Of a stretch of 64,000 nt of DNA, positions 28,448-43,863 are shown piece by piece. The stretch is from Octopus vulgaris. Its lineage: Eukaryota. The stretch spans positions 22,878,001 to 22,942,000 of the forward strand of contig OX597819.1 in NCBI GenBank assembly GCA_951406725.2, read 5' to 3'. Below the pieces are notes generated by a model. The model worked only from the letters and a program-made list of their open reading frames with translations. It made no database searches and was not told the origin of the DNA. A program made the position numbers and the translations under genes. The stretch's first letter is position 1, and each line of letters starts with the position of its first letter.

Positions 28448-28556
28448 GGACACATCACATTGAAATCATCGGTTCTCATCCGCTCACCGAAGCTAAACAA
28501 TGTTGAGTCTAGTTATTTAGATGAGTGAATGTTTAGGAAACCTAAATACTTTAAGC
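28448..28556 (+). pseudogene. Degenerate 5S rRNA copy
   Basis: ATCACATTGAAATCATCGGTTCTCATCCGCTCACCGAAGCTAAACAATGT...TAGATGAGTGA...TAGGAAACC aligns by eye with metazoan 5S rRNA, with many transitions. Confidence 0.8.
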
Positions 28557-31060
28557 AAAACCACTACTTTTTGGTTCCTTAAATGATACATCCAAGTTTG
28601 TTCAATAAAAGATTTGGAGCATTCAAGTAATGTTTGAGCCCCAATATGTGAAAGGGTATGTCTCCTTTACCAATGACGAGTAAGGGAATTACAAACTAGA
28701 TACAATAACCGGCAAGTTTGATAGTAATTTGTGCTAAATATTTTACCAAAGACAAACTAGCATAACAATGAAATGCGTAAACAAGTTAATTATAATTTCA
28801 TCTGAGTGAGATGGTTAATCGAGAGTCCTTTCAATATTACAATGATGCGTTTCGATTTTATGAGAATCAGTTATAGAAATAAGGATATGCAGCGGAAAGA
28901 ACCTCTTTTCAGTACATAGAGAAGGACAGTCTTTAATCCCACCATTTGAACATCAGCCTCTTAGCCCTTAGTGTAGCCCTAGTTCCAAAAACCCATTTCC
29001 ATTACATATGCAGATGACGCCTTAAAAGTTGAGCAACTGTTTCAAAACCGGTAGCAATTGAAATCAGTCCTTGCTTATGAGCGTTCTCTAATGACCACAA
29101 GTTGGCAAAAGTGACCGATCTCATTAATTTTCACACGCTTATATTTCTTTCACCCGGAAGTGGGTGAGCTAGCAGAACTGTTAGCACGCCGGGCATAACG
29201 CTTAGCAGCATTTTGTCCGTCTTTACGTTCTGAGTTCAAATACTGCTGGAGTGGACTTTACCTCTCGTCCCTTTCGGGGTCGATAAAATAAGCACCAGTA
29301 GAACACTGGGATCGATGTAATCCTTACACCTCCCCCGAACTTGCTGGTCTTGTGCAAAAATTTGAAACCCATATTTCTTCCACCAAGTAGTTTAACAAGC
29401 ATAAGAGTCTAGAATATTTAGACATTATATAAAAAGAACTTCAATGAATGAAGTAAGTAGTATCTAAATAGTAACATTCTTGTGCAATTCGTTGCGTGTT
29501 TACTATTGAAAGTTTTGTTGCAAGCTTTGTATTTAGTATGAGAAAATTACTCTGTTTATAGTATACATATTCTGTGAATAACTTCGTAATTTTAATTTCC
29601 AATAAAAATTTATATTTGTTAAAATATATTTTGAACAAATACGAATTTTTCTCAGGCATGTGATGTCAACGAAGATGATGAGAGAAGTTAGGAAAAGATT
29701 ATGTCTCAATAAAAGACAGAACGAGAAAGTGGGATTCAATAAGAGATGCGAGAGGGAAAAACAGCTTCTAGAAATCGTGAGTCTACGAGCAACCGCACCT
29801 AGAAAACCATTTAAGTAAGAAATACCTATAAAATATTATAAATTATCGGTTTACTTCGTTAGCATTTATTAATTGCCCAATCATTTATACCTGTATTCAC
29901 AGGCACAAATACACTTTCTGATAGACAAATAAACGTAATTATATAGGGTTATACAGTGCTATATACACACTGGCATTGGATATAAAATATAATTGATTGA
30001 AAGAACAGCAAGAAAGATAACAATAGAAATGAGCTTGGGAAAGCAAAATCAAACAAAACCGAGGTATATTTATACCATGAAGGGTTGGGAATGAATAGAT
30101 AGTATTTATTATTTCATAAGATGTGGTGCCCCAGCATGGCCGCAGCCTCAAAGCTAAAACGTATAAAAGAATAAAAGAATACACCCCAACTTCCAATAAA
30201 TCTACCTTCCATTCCACTTCATTGTTTGCTTTTCAAGTGCATTTTCAGGGGATTAATATTATCCGACGAAAATCTCTACCAGTTAGATCGTATTTAATTC
30301 TCTGATTTTATTCCATATACCTCTAAACATATTATCGCCATCTCAATCGCAGCTATCAAATAGAATCATAACACTTCAGTACACGAGTTGTTGAATGCTA
30401 TATTCATTAAATCATTGTTATGGTAACTACGAATAAAATATCCTTTCGTTCTACTTTGATTTTCCACGGCTAGCTTCTGTGTTTTTCCGTAGAAAAGTGT
30501 TCACTAAATTCCTATTCTTCAACACAAGAACGAATGTTGTCCACATCCCGCCATTCTCATTTCACAAGGCACTGTTCAAATTAATATTTCTTGGCAACAA
30601 GAATAGATAACACAATAGACAATATCCTGTAAAACAGTTGCTTGGAATTTCTGAAGTATGTGTTGGTTTTATTTAAACAAGAATGAAGATATATAAGCAA
30701 TTTCATTGATTTTTGGCTTCAAATCTCACCAGCTTTTCTTTCCTGGAAGGGTTTATTCTGTTTTTAAAATGAATGCTCAGAGATACCGTAAGCTCTTATT
30801 CATCAGCCTAAATTGATTAAAAACGGCCAATAGAAAAATACACGCATAATATCAATAAATATTGAAAATTTATTGATAGGAAAATTAATAAAGTTTCCCG
30901 CAAACTAAAATTATCAAGTGTAATTAAATAACCTATGCTGTATGAGAATCATGATAGTCTGAAATGTTAGGGAGAGGATTATCTATGAATGGTTCTGCGT
31001 ATTATGTGTGTAAATAATAATAGGCTTATGAGCGTGTATGTGTGTGTATTCAAGTACATG

Positions 31061-31174
<114 letters not shown>

Positions 31175-31176
31175 CA

Positions 31177-31211
<35 letters not shown>

Positions 31212-31236
31212 GTATATATGAATATGTACTTCTACA

Positions 31237-31269
<33 letters not shown>

Positions 31270-31272
31270 GTG

Positions 31273-31312
<40 letters not shown>

Positions 31313-31472
31313 TAATGATAATAATAATAATAACTTTATTAAACACACTATGCGTATGAGAGGGCTGATCAGTGTCAATACGAAATATCATTTTCATTTC
31401 GATTAAAGCAAAATAACATTTCGTAGAGATAATCGTTTTATTTACGGATATGCACTTGCATAGCAAGTGACT

Positions 31473-31509
31473 TGATTTGAGATCGTGTGCTCGGAACATA
31501 TACATATGC

Positions 31510-31567
<58 letters not shown>

Positions 31568-31604
31568 GCATATGTATATGTTCCGAGCACACGATCTCAA
31601 ATCA
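31473..31604. repeat. Palindrome centred on (TA)n
   Basis: TGATTTGAGATCGTGTGCTCGGAACATATACATATGCATG-(TA)n-exact reverse complement. Confidence 0.95.
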
Positions 31605-32169
31605 TACATATATATATATATATATGTTTATATATTTATGTCTATATAATAATAATACCAGGGAATATAATTCCAAAACTTACAGGGAAAAATTCAATTT
31701 AATAATTTTAAATTAAATTTCACTGTAATTAAACACAAGAGAATATGCTTCACCACGCGAAATCGCTTAAGAATCTTGCAAGCCGAATTCACAATATATA
31801 TTATATGTATATAATTTAGAGAAAAACCTTTATCAAACAATTCAATAATGAAAGATATTATTCACAGCATATAGAAAACATATAATATAAGAACCTTATT
31901 CTAAAAATAAATAAAATACAATAAATAGTAAAGCGTAGTAAAAAGACTACGCGCGTTTCGTGGCTATATTTTCAATAGATAACAATAATAAAATCAATTC
32001 GTAAAAAACTAAAGATATCCCCATTAGAAGAGGAATATTCCGGGGAGAGACGCTCTCTCCACTCATTTTCTGCCTGGCACTGAGACCTTTATCTGATATC
32101 CTAAACAGTAGTGGATGTGGATACAACTGTTACGGCAAAGCAGTCAGCCATCTCTTATATATAGATAAT

Positions 32170-33355
32170 ATAAAACAGTATACTACAAATGATATACAAC
32201 CGGAAACATTATTACAGACAGTACATAGATTTACGAAAGAAATAAACATGGAATTTAGCTTAGAAAAATGTGCCAAAGCAACCTTGAAAAGAGGAAAATC
32301 GTTAAGAGTATCAATATCATACTAGACAAAGCAAATGAAATAAGAGAATTAGACCAAATACTTAGGCATCAATGAACTGGATACGATGCAACACACACAA
32401 ATGAAAGAGAAGATAAAAAAGAATACTATCGACGAGTTCCATTAATATTGAAAACAGAGCTCAATGCGAAAAACAAGCTAATAGGTATCAATATTCTAGC
32501 CGTCCTACTTATAAATTACAGGTACAATATTCTTAACTGGACTCTAAATGAATTAATCAAAATATACAGGAAAACAAGAAAGATAATGACAGGATTTAGG
32601 ACGCGCCACCCAAACTCTGACATAGAAAGGCGATATATACAACATTTGGAAGTTGGTAGAGACCTTATAAAGCTAGAAAGCTATTGCAAAATAACCGCCA
32701 TAGGACTACAGAAAAACCTACTTCAGAAGCAAGATAAACTAATACAAATATCCACAAAACATGAACAAAACGAAAAACTTTCAGCCTTTAAGGAAGTGAA
32801 CAAATACAAAAAAGAAAACGAAGAAACAACAAAGGGTTTAAAATAACTGAAATTCAAATTGGAACAGCAACGGATCATGATAAAACGATGGCAAGGAAAG
32901 CCCCTTCATTGCAAAAAATGGGTTAAACTAACCAGAAAAGAAATAGACAAAGCAAAATCCCAGCTATGGTTGAGAAGTTCAGGACTCAAAGCAGGGACTG
33001 AAGGATTTTTAATTGCAGCACAAGATCAAAGCCTTCCTACCAGACATTACCAAAAATATGTGATGAAAAGAAATACAAGTAACTGAAGAACACGTGGAGA
33101 TGGAGAAGAAGCAATAAATCACATTGTCTCTGGCTGCCCAGTCCCAGCTAAGAAGAAATATATTCACAGACACGACAGAGTTGACACCTGTATACACTGG
33201 AAGCTATGCCAACACTATGGAATAAAAACAGAAAAAAGATGGTATAGGCACACACCAGAAAAGGTCGCAGAAAAGGAAAAAATAACCATACTCTAGGATA
33301 TGCTAATATACACAAAGATAGAGAAATCAACACCAATAGTTCGGATATAGTTGCT
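32170..33355 (+). mobile_element. Degenerate R4/Dong-type non-LTR retrotransposon (RT C-terminus, zinc knuckle, start of RLE)
   Basis: MEFSLEKCAK...KTELNAKNKLIGIN...LRSSGLKAGTEGFLIAAQDQSLPTR...INHIVSGCP...RHDRV...IHWKLCQHYG, with several stops and frameshifts. Confidence 0.85.
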
Positions 33356-33425
33356 TGAATTTGAATTGCCTTAAATGCTAATGACAGCATGAGGCAAGCA
33401 TTGTATCTATCTATCTATCTATCTC

Positions 33426-33503
<78 letters not shown>

Positions 33504-33656
33504 TACATCGATGGCCGGATACCCGAAGAGATGGCAGCGTAGATTTCCATCCCGTCATCCGAAACTCGGAGTTTTGTCATGGCTACCGAATAATTGTCAC
33601 ATATTACATTTACAGTTATAAATATGTATATATGTATGTATGTATGTATATACATG

Positions 33657-35071
<1,415 letters not shown>

Positions 35072-35590
35072 AATATATATATATTTGTCTATCTCTCTAT
35101 CTGTCTGTCTATCAGTCAATCTATCTCTCAATCTATCTGTCTCTCTGTCTCTCTGTCTATCTGTCTGTCTATCAATCTATGTATCTATCTATTTGTGCAT
35201 GTATATGCGTGTGCCCGTTTGCCATTATTTGTGTATCTATATGAATGAAATTTTGTTTTTCCCGTCATTCTTCCTATGGCCCTTGCAAGATAAAAAAAAA
35301 CAAGCTGCTGTTATATTCATCTGAGTATTTTAATCTCCTTTTCATTGCTTTTACCCGTTGTATTGTTCTTGCTCTTGTTCATGCTGTTGCCATTTCTATT
35401 GTTGATGATGATGTTACCGTTGGTATTGTTACTATAGCAGTTTTAGGTGCCAGGTATTATGCTGTAGATAAAAAATATTCGAATATGAAACAATGATACA
35501 GACCACAACAAAAATTCTCCGCCATTCACCGTTCTGAATGCACGTTTCATTAGAAAACGTATGACAAGCACCAACAGAAACAATGTTCAT

Positions 35591-35821
35591 AAGGCGGCGA
35601 ACTGGCATAAATGTTAGCACATTGGGCGAAATGCTTAGCGGTATTTCGTCTACAGCTACGTTCCGAGTTCAAATTCCGCCGAGGTAGATTTGCCTTTCAT
35701 CCTTTCGAGGTCGATAAATTAAGTACCAGTTACGCACTGGTGTCGATGTAATCGACTTAATACCTTTGTCTGTCCTTGTTTGTCCCCTCTATGTTTAGCC
35801 CCTTGTGGGCAATAAAAAATA
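35591..35821 (+). mobile_element. SINE family C
   Basis: TSD AGAAACAATGTTCATAAG at 35576-35593 and 35822-35839. Confidence 0.9.
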
Positions 35822-35859
35822 AGAAACAATGTTCATAAGTCACCTACATCCCTGGAATA

Positions 35860-36625
35860 TTCTTTTCTACTCTAGGCATAAGGCTCGAAATTTGGGGGCA
35901 GGGGCCAGTCGGTTAGATCGACACCAGTAAGCATCTGGTTCATAATTTATCGAGCCCAAAAGGATGAAAAGTAAAGTTGTCCTCGGCGGAATTTGAACTC
36001 AGAACGTAAAGATAGACAAAATACCTATTTCTTTACTACCCACAAGGGGCTAAACACAGAGGGGACAAACAAGGACAGACAAACGGATTAAGTTGATTAC
36101 ATCGACCACAGTGCGCAACTGGTACTTATTTAATCGACCCCGAAAGGATGAAAGGCAAAGTCGACCTCGGCGGAATTTGAACTCAGAACGTAGCGGCAGA
36201 CGAAATACCTATTTCTTTACTACCCACAAAGGGCTAAACACAGAGGGGACAAACAAGGACAGACAAACGGATTAAGTTGATTACATCGACTCCAGTGCAC
36301 AACAGGTACTTATTTAATCGATCCCGAAAGGATGAAAGGCAAAGTCGACCTCGGCGGAATTTGAACTCAGAACGTAGCGGCAGACGAAATACCTATTTCT
36401 TTACTACCCACAAGGGGCTAAACACAAGAGGACAAACAAGGACAGACAAACGGATTAAGTCGATTATATCGACCCCAGTGCGTACCTGGTACTTAATTTA
36501 TCGACCCCGAAAAGATGAAAGGCAAAGTCGACCTCGGCAGAATTTGAACTTAGAACGTAACGGCAGACGAAATACGGCTACGCATTTCGCCCGGCATACT
36601 AACGTTTCTGCCAGCTCACCGCCTT
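35860..36625 (-). mobile_element. Head-to-tail multimer of SINE family C (~184-bp period)
   Basis: The junction AAATACCTATTTCTTTAC recurs at ~36019, 36203 and 36388. Only one copy keeps the 5' head. Confidence 0.9.
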
Positions 36626-37541
36626 ACAACTTTGGAATATTATCTAACAAAAGAAACTATTGACATTCGTTAAACTTTACTGGTTTCACAGCAAAGTCCA
36701 TGCAAAATATTGCAGATTTTTTCCACTGCACACTGTATTATGCCTATTTAATCTGTTTTAACAAATATATCTTTTAGGATGCTTCTCTTACCACAGCAGA
36801 TTTCCAACCTTGGAATGGGTCATGGTTTCCTTATTTATGTCTCTATAGCAACTTCAGTATATGAAATCGATCGTGTTATTCGTACTGCAATAACAAACAG
36901 AAATACTATTTACTATTGATGGTCGCTATAAAGAAGAATTTCATTCCAAGACCTTTCCTTTACTTTCTCCTTAAACATGTTTATTTTACAGTCTTCTCTT
37001 ACACTCAACTTTTTCCTATTCTTCTCACTCCACCCTCTATTCCACCCCCTCTGTAACACACTCTTTCTTTCTTGGTCACGATGGCATCCAACTGAAGATG
37101 TCACATAAGAGTAAATATTTATAGAAATTAAGTAATGCCGACTGTGAGACAACTAAACAGCTGTTCTCTTACACAACTTGTTCTGCGGGTCTATCTCATT
37201 CACTTCGTCGACATAATGCAAAGGCCAAGGCTGTTCGTTTACAGCTATAAAGCATGCGTTGATTCTCAATTATCATCGACTGTCCTTCAGCTGCTTTCTA
37301 CGCCACCAGTTCATGAGTATTTCGAAGACAATTACTGTGTAGCAGAAAAAGCTTACACTCTTTTACAAGTGATACAGCTGGATATGAGTGAAAATGTAAA
37401 ATAACATATGGAGGTTTAATTTAAATCCCTAAGTTAAATATATGTTTGTTTTTTCCTTCTCCCAAGTATTATCTCCAGAAAATTTGCTTTCTAACCTGCC
37501 AGTCAAACACATTGAACAGTTCCATCTGAAACACTTCTGCA

Positions 37542-37721
<180 letters not shown>

Positions 37722-37736
37722 CACAGATATATATAC

Positions 37737-37769
<33 letters not shown>

Positions 37770-37790
37770 TATAAAAAATACACACATACA

Positions 37791-37821
<31 letters not shown>

Positions 37822-37841
37822 TATATATACATACATATATA

Positions 37842-37872
<31 letters not shown>

Positions 37873-38043
37873 CATATATACACACATATATGCATATATA
37901 TACATATATACACACATATATATATACATGCATATATATATATATACACACACATATATATATATATATATACATACATATATATATATGCATATATATA
38001 TATACATACATATATATAGATATAGATATAGCTATAGATATAG

Positions 38044-38091
<48 letters not shown>

Positions 38092-38190
38092 GCCAGAAAT
38101 TAAAAAGTGAATTGCGAATCGCCACCTTAATAATTTGTATACATAAGTCTGTAGATAGATAGATAGATATAGATACATACATGCATACAT

Positions 38191-38260
<70 letters not shown>

Positions 38261-38754
38261 TGATATATGTGCGTATTGTGTGTGTTTGTACGCATATGTG
38301 TGTGCACGTGTAGATCGATAGATAGATTGCAGACACATAGATAGAGAGACATTTCTATAAATATGAATGCGTGTGTATGTGTGTGTGCGAGATGCATGTG
38401 TGTGTGTGCCCCTGTGTGTGCTTCTATATGTGTGTATGTGTGTGTGTGTTTTGGTGAGTGCTTTTTTTTTGTTTTTTTGTTCTGATGCTGTGAATAACAA
38501 TCAGTGAGCTGACAGCAGCTTTAGCTTTGTTCATTTATGTTAAAGGAAATTATATTTTCTGATGTTTCTGCACGCAGCTGTTGCGATAGAGGCGAAGGCC
38601 TTCATTGTAGCAACCATAATAAATTAGCAACCAAAGACAGAAATTAGCAAACGAGTTTTTTTAATTTCTTTCTTTCTTGTTTTAATTTCTGGAATCCTTA
38701 TTACAGTATGATATAAAATGCATAAGTATTAATTGCTAATTAACGTGAGTAGAA

Positions 38755-39610
38755 ATCTGTCTGTATGTCTGTCTGTCTGTGTATGTGTGTGTTGGTGTAT
38801 GTGTGTGCGTGTGTGCATGCGAGTGCGTGTGTGTGTGCGTGTGTGCGTATGTGTGCGTATATGTGTGTGTGCATGTGTCTGTGCGTGTGTTTGTGTATGT
38901 GCGTGTTTGTGATTGCGCGCGCGCACGCGTGTGTGTGCGTGTGCACGTGTGTGTGTATGTGTGTGCGTGTGTGCCTGCGAGTGCGTGTGTGTGTGTGTGT
39001 GTGTGCGTGTGTGTCTGTGTATGTGCGTGTTTGTGATTGTGATTGCGCGCGCGCTGTGTGTGCGCGTGAGCGTGTGCACGTGTGTGTATGTGTGTGCGTG
39101 TGTGTGTGCATGTGTGCGTGTTTGTGTGCGTTCGTTTGTGCGTGTGTATGTCTGTGTGCATTTTTGCGGGTGCGCGCGTATATGCGTTTGGTGTGTGTGT
39201 ACACAGGGGAGAGGCCTGTTTTGCGATTTCTGGGAACTGTGAGTGAATGTTTTAGGCAGCATCTGTATACCCAATTTTGCCAAATCCCACGTGTATATTA
39301 TGTGTGTGTTTTATGTGCTTGTTTAAGTGTATATATACATACATATATATAGACACACACACAAACACAACACACACACAGACAAACACACACACATATA
39401 TATATAAAGTTAATCCAAACATGAAAACACAAAGAGAAAACACAACAACGCGAGGACGTGGAACAAATATAGTATTATTGGACGCTCAGGAAGGAAGGAA
39501 AGAAGGAGGGTTTAACGTTTCGAGCGGAGCTCTTCGTCAGAAACATAGGAAAAGGACAGTTCCAAAGAAGGGAAGACGGAGGAAAAAATCGCCATCGGTA
39601 CACACGCGGT
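38755..39610 (-). mobile_element. Composite repeat copy B
   Basis: Reverse complement of 24966-25590, including the unique core TTTGGCAAAATTGGGTATAC...CAGGCCTCTCCCCTGTG. Confidence 0.8.
39510..39544 (-). ncRNA. Minimal type I hammerhead ribozyme motif, intact core
   Basis: RNA: GUUU-CUGACGA-A-GAGC-UCC-GCUC-GAA-ACGU-U^AAAC. Stem I is 4 bp, stem II 4 bp, and stem III the palindrome ACGU (dimer-type). Confidence 0.75.
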
Positions 39611-40558
39611 CTGGAATGTCTGACATTCCACATATTCCAGACAGATCAGACATTCCTCACATTCCAGACATTCCAAACATTCCTGACATTCCAGAAATTC
39701 CAAACATTTCAGACATTCCGCACATGACATTCTTGATATTCTGCGTCGTGACGTGACATTCCATTCCATTCCTTGACGTGACGTGAGATTCCATTCCATT
39801 CCATGACATGACGTGACATTCCATTTAACGTCACGTCATGTAACGTCATTTAACGTCACGTCGTTTAACGTCCCCTCATATAACTTCATTTAACGTCCTT
39901 TAACCTCAAGTCATTTAACGTGACGTTATATGACGTTGCGTTAAATGACGTGAAAGGACGTGTCGTTGGATGTCTTGAAATGACGTGACGTTAAGTGACG
40001 ATAAATTACGTGGCATGATGTGACGTTAAATGACGTTGAATGACGTGACGTTAAAGGACGTTAAATGTTGTGAAGTCAAGTGAGGTTAAATGTCGTTAAA
40101 TAACGTGCCGTTAAACGACGTTAGGTGATATTAAATGAAGGAGTATGACGTGACGATAAATGACGTTAATTGTCGTTAAATGACATTCCAGACATTCCTG
40201 ACATTCCAGATATTCCAGACATTCCAGACGTTCTTGACATTCCAGATATTCCAGGTACTCCAGCCATTCCTGACATTCCAGGTATTTTTGACATTCCAGA
40301 CAATCCTGACATTCCTGACATTCCTGACATTCCAGACTTTCCAGACATTCCTGACATTCCAGACATTCCTCGCATTCCCGATTTTCCAGACATTCCAGGT
40401 GTTTTTGACATTCCAGGCATTCCTGACATTCCTGACATTCCAGACTTTCCATACATTCCTGACATTCCAGACATTCCTGGCATTCCCGATTTTCCAGACA
40501 TTCCAGACATTCCTGACATTCCAGACATTCCATATATATATATAAATACATGTCTGGA

Positions 40559-40560
<2 letters not shown>
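39611..40560. repeat. Compound minisatellite: (GACATTCCW)n, (CATTC)n and (TGACG/TTAA)-type blocks
   Basis: 9-bp units at 39620-39740 and 40181-40532 enclose a block of TTAACGTCACGTCAT-like units that itself switches orientation near 39920. Confidence 0.9.
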
Positions 40561-40602
<42 letters not shown>

Positions 40603-40769
40603 ACATACAGCACGGAAATCTTGACAGTGAAAGGTCGCGGTCTCAGAGCGACGAAAATTATTTGGAAAATTAATTTGAATTGTTGGAATGAATCTAACGG
40701 TTTTTGTGTGTTTGTAAATGGCATATAAACACCTTTCACGCTGCAATTGTTTTGTATGTATTTGTGTTC

Positions 40770-40858
<89 letters not shown>

Positions 40859-40865
40859 AGTGTTA

Positions 40866-41162
40866 TGGCGCTTTGTCGGTTACGACGACGAGGGTTCCAG
40901 TTGATCCGACCAACGGAACAGCCTGCACGTGAAATTAACGTTCAAATGGCTCAGCACTCCACAGACACGTGTAGTACTCGTGGGGTTTCAGCGTGACACA
41001 GAGTGTGACAGTGAAAGAGTACAGCAAAGCTTCGCCACCACCACCATGCTGGAGCCTCGTGAAGATTTTAGGTATTTTCACTCGATAAGCACTCACAACG
41101 TCTCGTCTGGGAATCGAAACCGCGAGTCCGCTACCCTAACCACTGGATCACTGCGCCTCCAC
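40866..41162 (-). mobile_element. Diverged SINE family B
   Basis: Similar to 7888-8271, with deletions. Confidence 0.8.
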
Positions 41163-43254
41163 TATATATGTGTATATGTATGTATGTATGCATGTATGTA
41201 TGTATGTGTGTGTGTATGTGTGTGTATGTATGTATGTATGTATGTATGTATGTATGTATGTATGTATGTATGTATGTATGTATGTATACGCAGATAATTC
41301 AAGCTTGACTGGATCAATAATGGTGTTGCTTTAATTTAAAGTGTAAAATGAATAGAAGACGTCGTTAGAGAACCGTCGGATTTGAGATTTAAATACTTTG
41401 TAATATTACTGCAAATTCTTCACCAACCGGCTCTGCATTTCTAATAATGCCAAATGTTTTTTGCATTTCAATTTCTAACACACGTTCTCACAAAAATTGG
41501 CTTCGTACCAATATTACTGGCAACAATGAAGTCATTGTTAGCTACATCCTGGCAACTAAGTGTTGTAGTAACTGTGCTATGCATGCGAATTATGACTAAT
41601 AAACCTGCCAGAAATTGTATACCCTGCAGTTTAACCGTAAAAACCAAGTGTGTATGCAATCCAGCAGTTGCCCTGTGTTTTAGCAGCTGTAGGCTTTTAT
41701 CTCGTAGTTTTGAGATGCCAGATATATAAATTTCTTATTCAGTTACAAATACACAAAGACGTGGGAAAAAGTATTGTCATCAAGCGGCGTGCGTGCATTT
41801 CCAAAATGAAAGAAGGATCGCAACACAGATTTACAACACTCGAGCCTTGACTGTTTCTCCTGCATTGGCGCTTTCATATTATTATACGAATTTAGACTTT
41901 ACTCTGTATAAAATGCATTCGTTAAAGGGTTGTGTTTCAAAAATATGTGCACCAATATTTGAAGAAGATTATAGCAGAAAAAACTGTTACACTAGATAGT
42001 GTAAAACTAGTCATACAACAGTTAAGATTGAAAACTTCTAGAAATATAGGTTTCAAATGTTGGTACAAGTTCAGTAATTTTGAGGGGTAGGGATGTCGAT
42101 AAAATCAACTCCAGTGTTCAACTGGTACTTATTTATATCGATCTCGAAAAGACGAAAGGCAACGTAGACTTCGGCGGAATTTGAACTCTGAACGTAAAGA
42201 GGGGCGAAATGCAGTTGAGCATTTTGCCTGGCGTGCGAACGATTCTGCCAGCTCACCGCCTTACCTTCTGGAAAAAGAAAGATATGACTTCTTCCCTCGG
42301 TTGGAGGGCGATTGTAATAATGGAATTAGCAAAATAAGAATGTTTAATTGAATGTAAAGTGCATGTAACCGTTTAACGGTTAAGAATTGAAGACTTTAAT
42401 TACTTAAGGGTTTCTTGACTGGAAACTGGATTTCTTTAAATGCAGCTGGGACATTCAGCGATTGAAAGAGGTCCGTCGTTGGATATATGAGACGAAACTT
42501 TTACGATAAAGAAATTAGGATGCCAATGGACGATGTTGTTGGTAGAAGTAATCAGGTACGGCCCAGTCATGGTGGCTGTTTGATTAGGTAACTCTGGTTT
42601 CAGGTTCAGTCCCATTTGGCGACACCCTGAACAAGTGTCCTCTGCCATGGTCTAGGGCCGACAAATGTCTAGTGAATGAATTCGATCGATGGAAACTGCG
42701 TTAAAGCTCATCATGTATATATGTGTGTGTGTGAAAGAGAGAGAGAGAGAATGTGTGTGTGTGTGTGAGTCAGTGTTTATACCCCCACCCACCCAGCTTG
42801 ACAACTGTTGTTGAATTTGTTTACGTTCCTATAACTTAGCAGTTCAGTAAAAGAAACCGAAAAAAATAAGTACCACACTTACAACTAAGTCCTGTGGGGT
42901 TTAATATATTTGACTAAGCCTTTGAAGGAGGTGCTCCAGCACGGCCGCAGTCTAATAACTGAAATAAATAAAAGATAGATTATATTAATTCACATAAGAA
43001 ACAATGAAAATAATCTGATTGATGAAAAGAATACACCCTGATGGAGTTGGCTCAGGTGATGGTAAAACTATAAATATACTGTTCCACAATTAAAACTATA
43101 TATTTTTTACCTACCCCTTTTTCTATACATGTAAATATAAACATTTCTTAGTAGCTTCCATTTACATATTTCTCGTTTTATGTTTCTATATACTTTATAA
43201 ATAATACGCAGATCGCTTTTTTAAAGTACTATGATGTTTGAAATTCCGCAGATA

Positions 43255-43720
43255 AATTTGTCAGCGGGTCGTGTAGCTTAATGGTAAAACACTCAGGCGC
43301 AGTTTTTGAGGGATATGGGTTTGAGTCCCATGGATGGTGGTTAACATATATATCCACCTTGTAAGGGTAATTTCCCAGTATTTCTGTTCTTCTAACGGCA
43401 ACTCTGCGTTCGAAAATTTCATCTTTTTGTTTGTATTGTACAATACACATATCGACGCTTCATATATTAATAATACTAATAAGCTGTTTGATTACATTTA
43501 TAAACATGGCTGATCTATAGAAGCTAAACTATTTAGCGTCTCATTTGGACGATGAAATTGTCAGCGTGCAGGTTAGGTTAACGGTAAAGTATCCAGCCGG
43601 AGTCATTGAGGGACATGGGTGCGACTCCCCTGCCTGGTTGTTGACAAATATTTCCGCTTGGTAAGAGTAATTTACCCAGTATTTCTGCTCTTGCAACAGC
43701 AACATTGCGTTCAAAAAATA
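43255..43720 (+). mobile_element. Two diverged direct copies of a tRNA-like SINE
   Basis: 43255-43420 and 43556-43720 share AAATT..TCAGCG...TTAA.GGTAAA...TTGAGGGA.ATGGGT..GA.TCCC...GTAATTT.CCCAGTATTTCTG. Confidence 0.65.
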
Positions 43721-43821
43721 TCATATGCATATATATTTTTCGCCTACCCTTTTTCCTATACATATAAATATAAACATATATATGTATATTTATGTGTATG
43801 CACACGCGCATATGCATATGC

Positions 43822-43863
<42 letters not shown>

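Noticed and set aside
33520-33580. CCGAAGA...GAAAC hammerhead-like motif (similar weak cases at ~29008-29056 and ~52580-52612)
   Set aside because: The core is mutated and the stems cannot all be paired; too weak to call.
40111-40746. MSG/PDI/ECL repeat ORFs (also 24623-25174) as a Met- or Cys-rich structural protein
   Set aside because: Open in nearly all frames because the 9-bp unit has no stop. No splice or signal context, and no reflectin-type motif.
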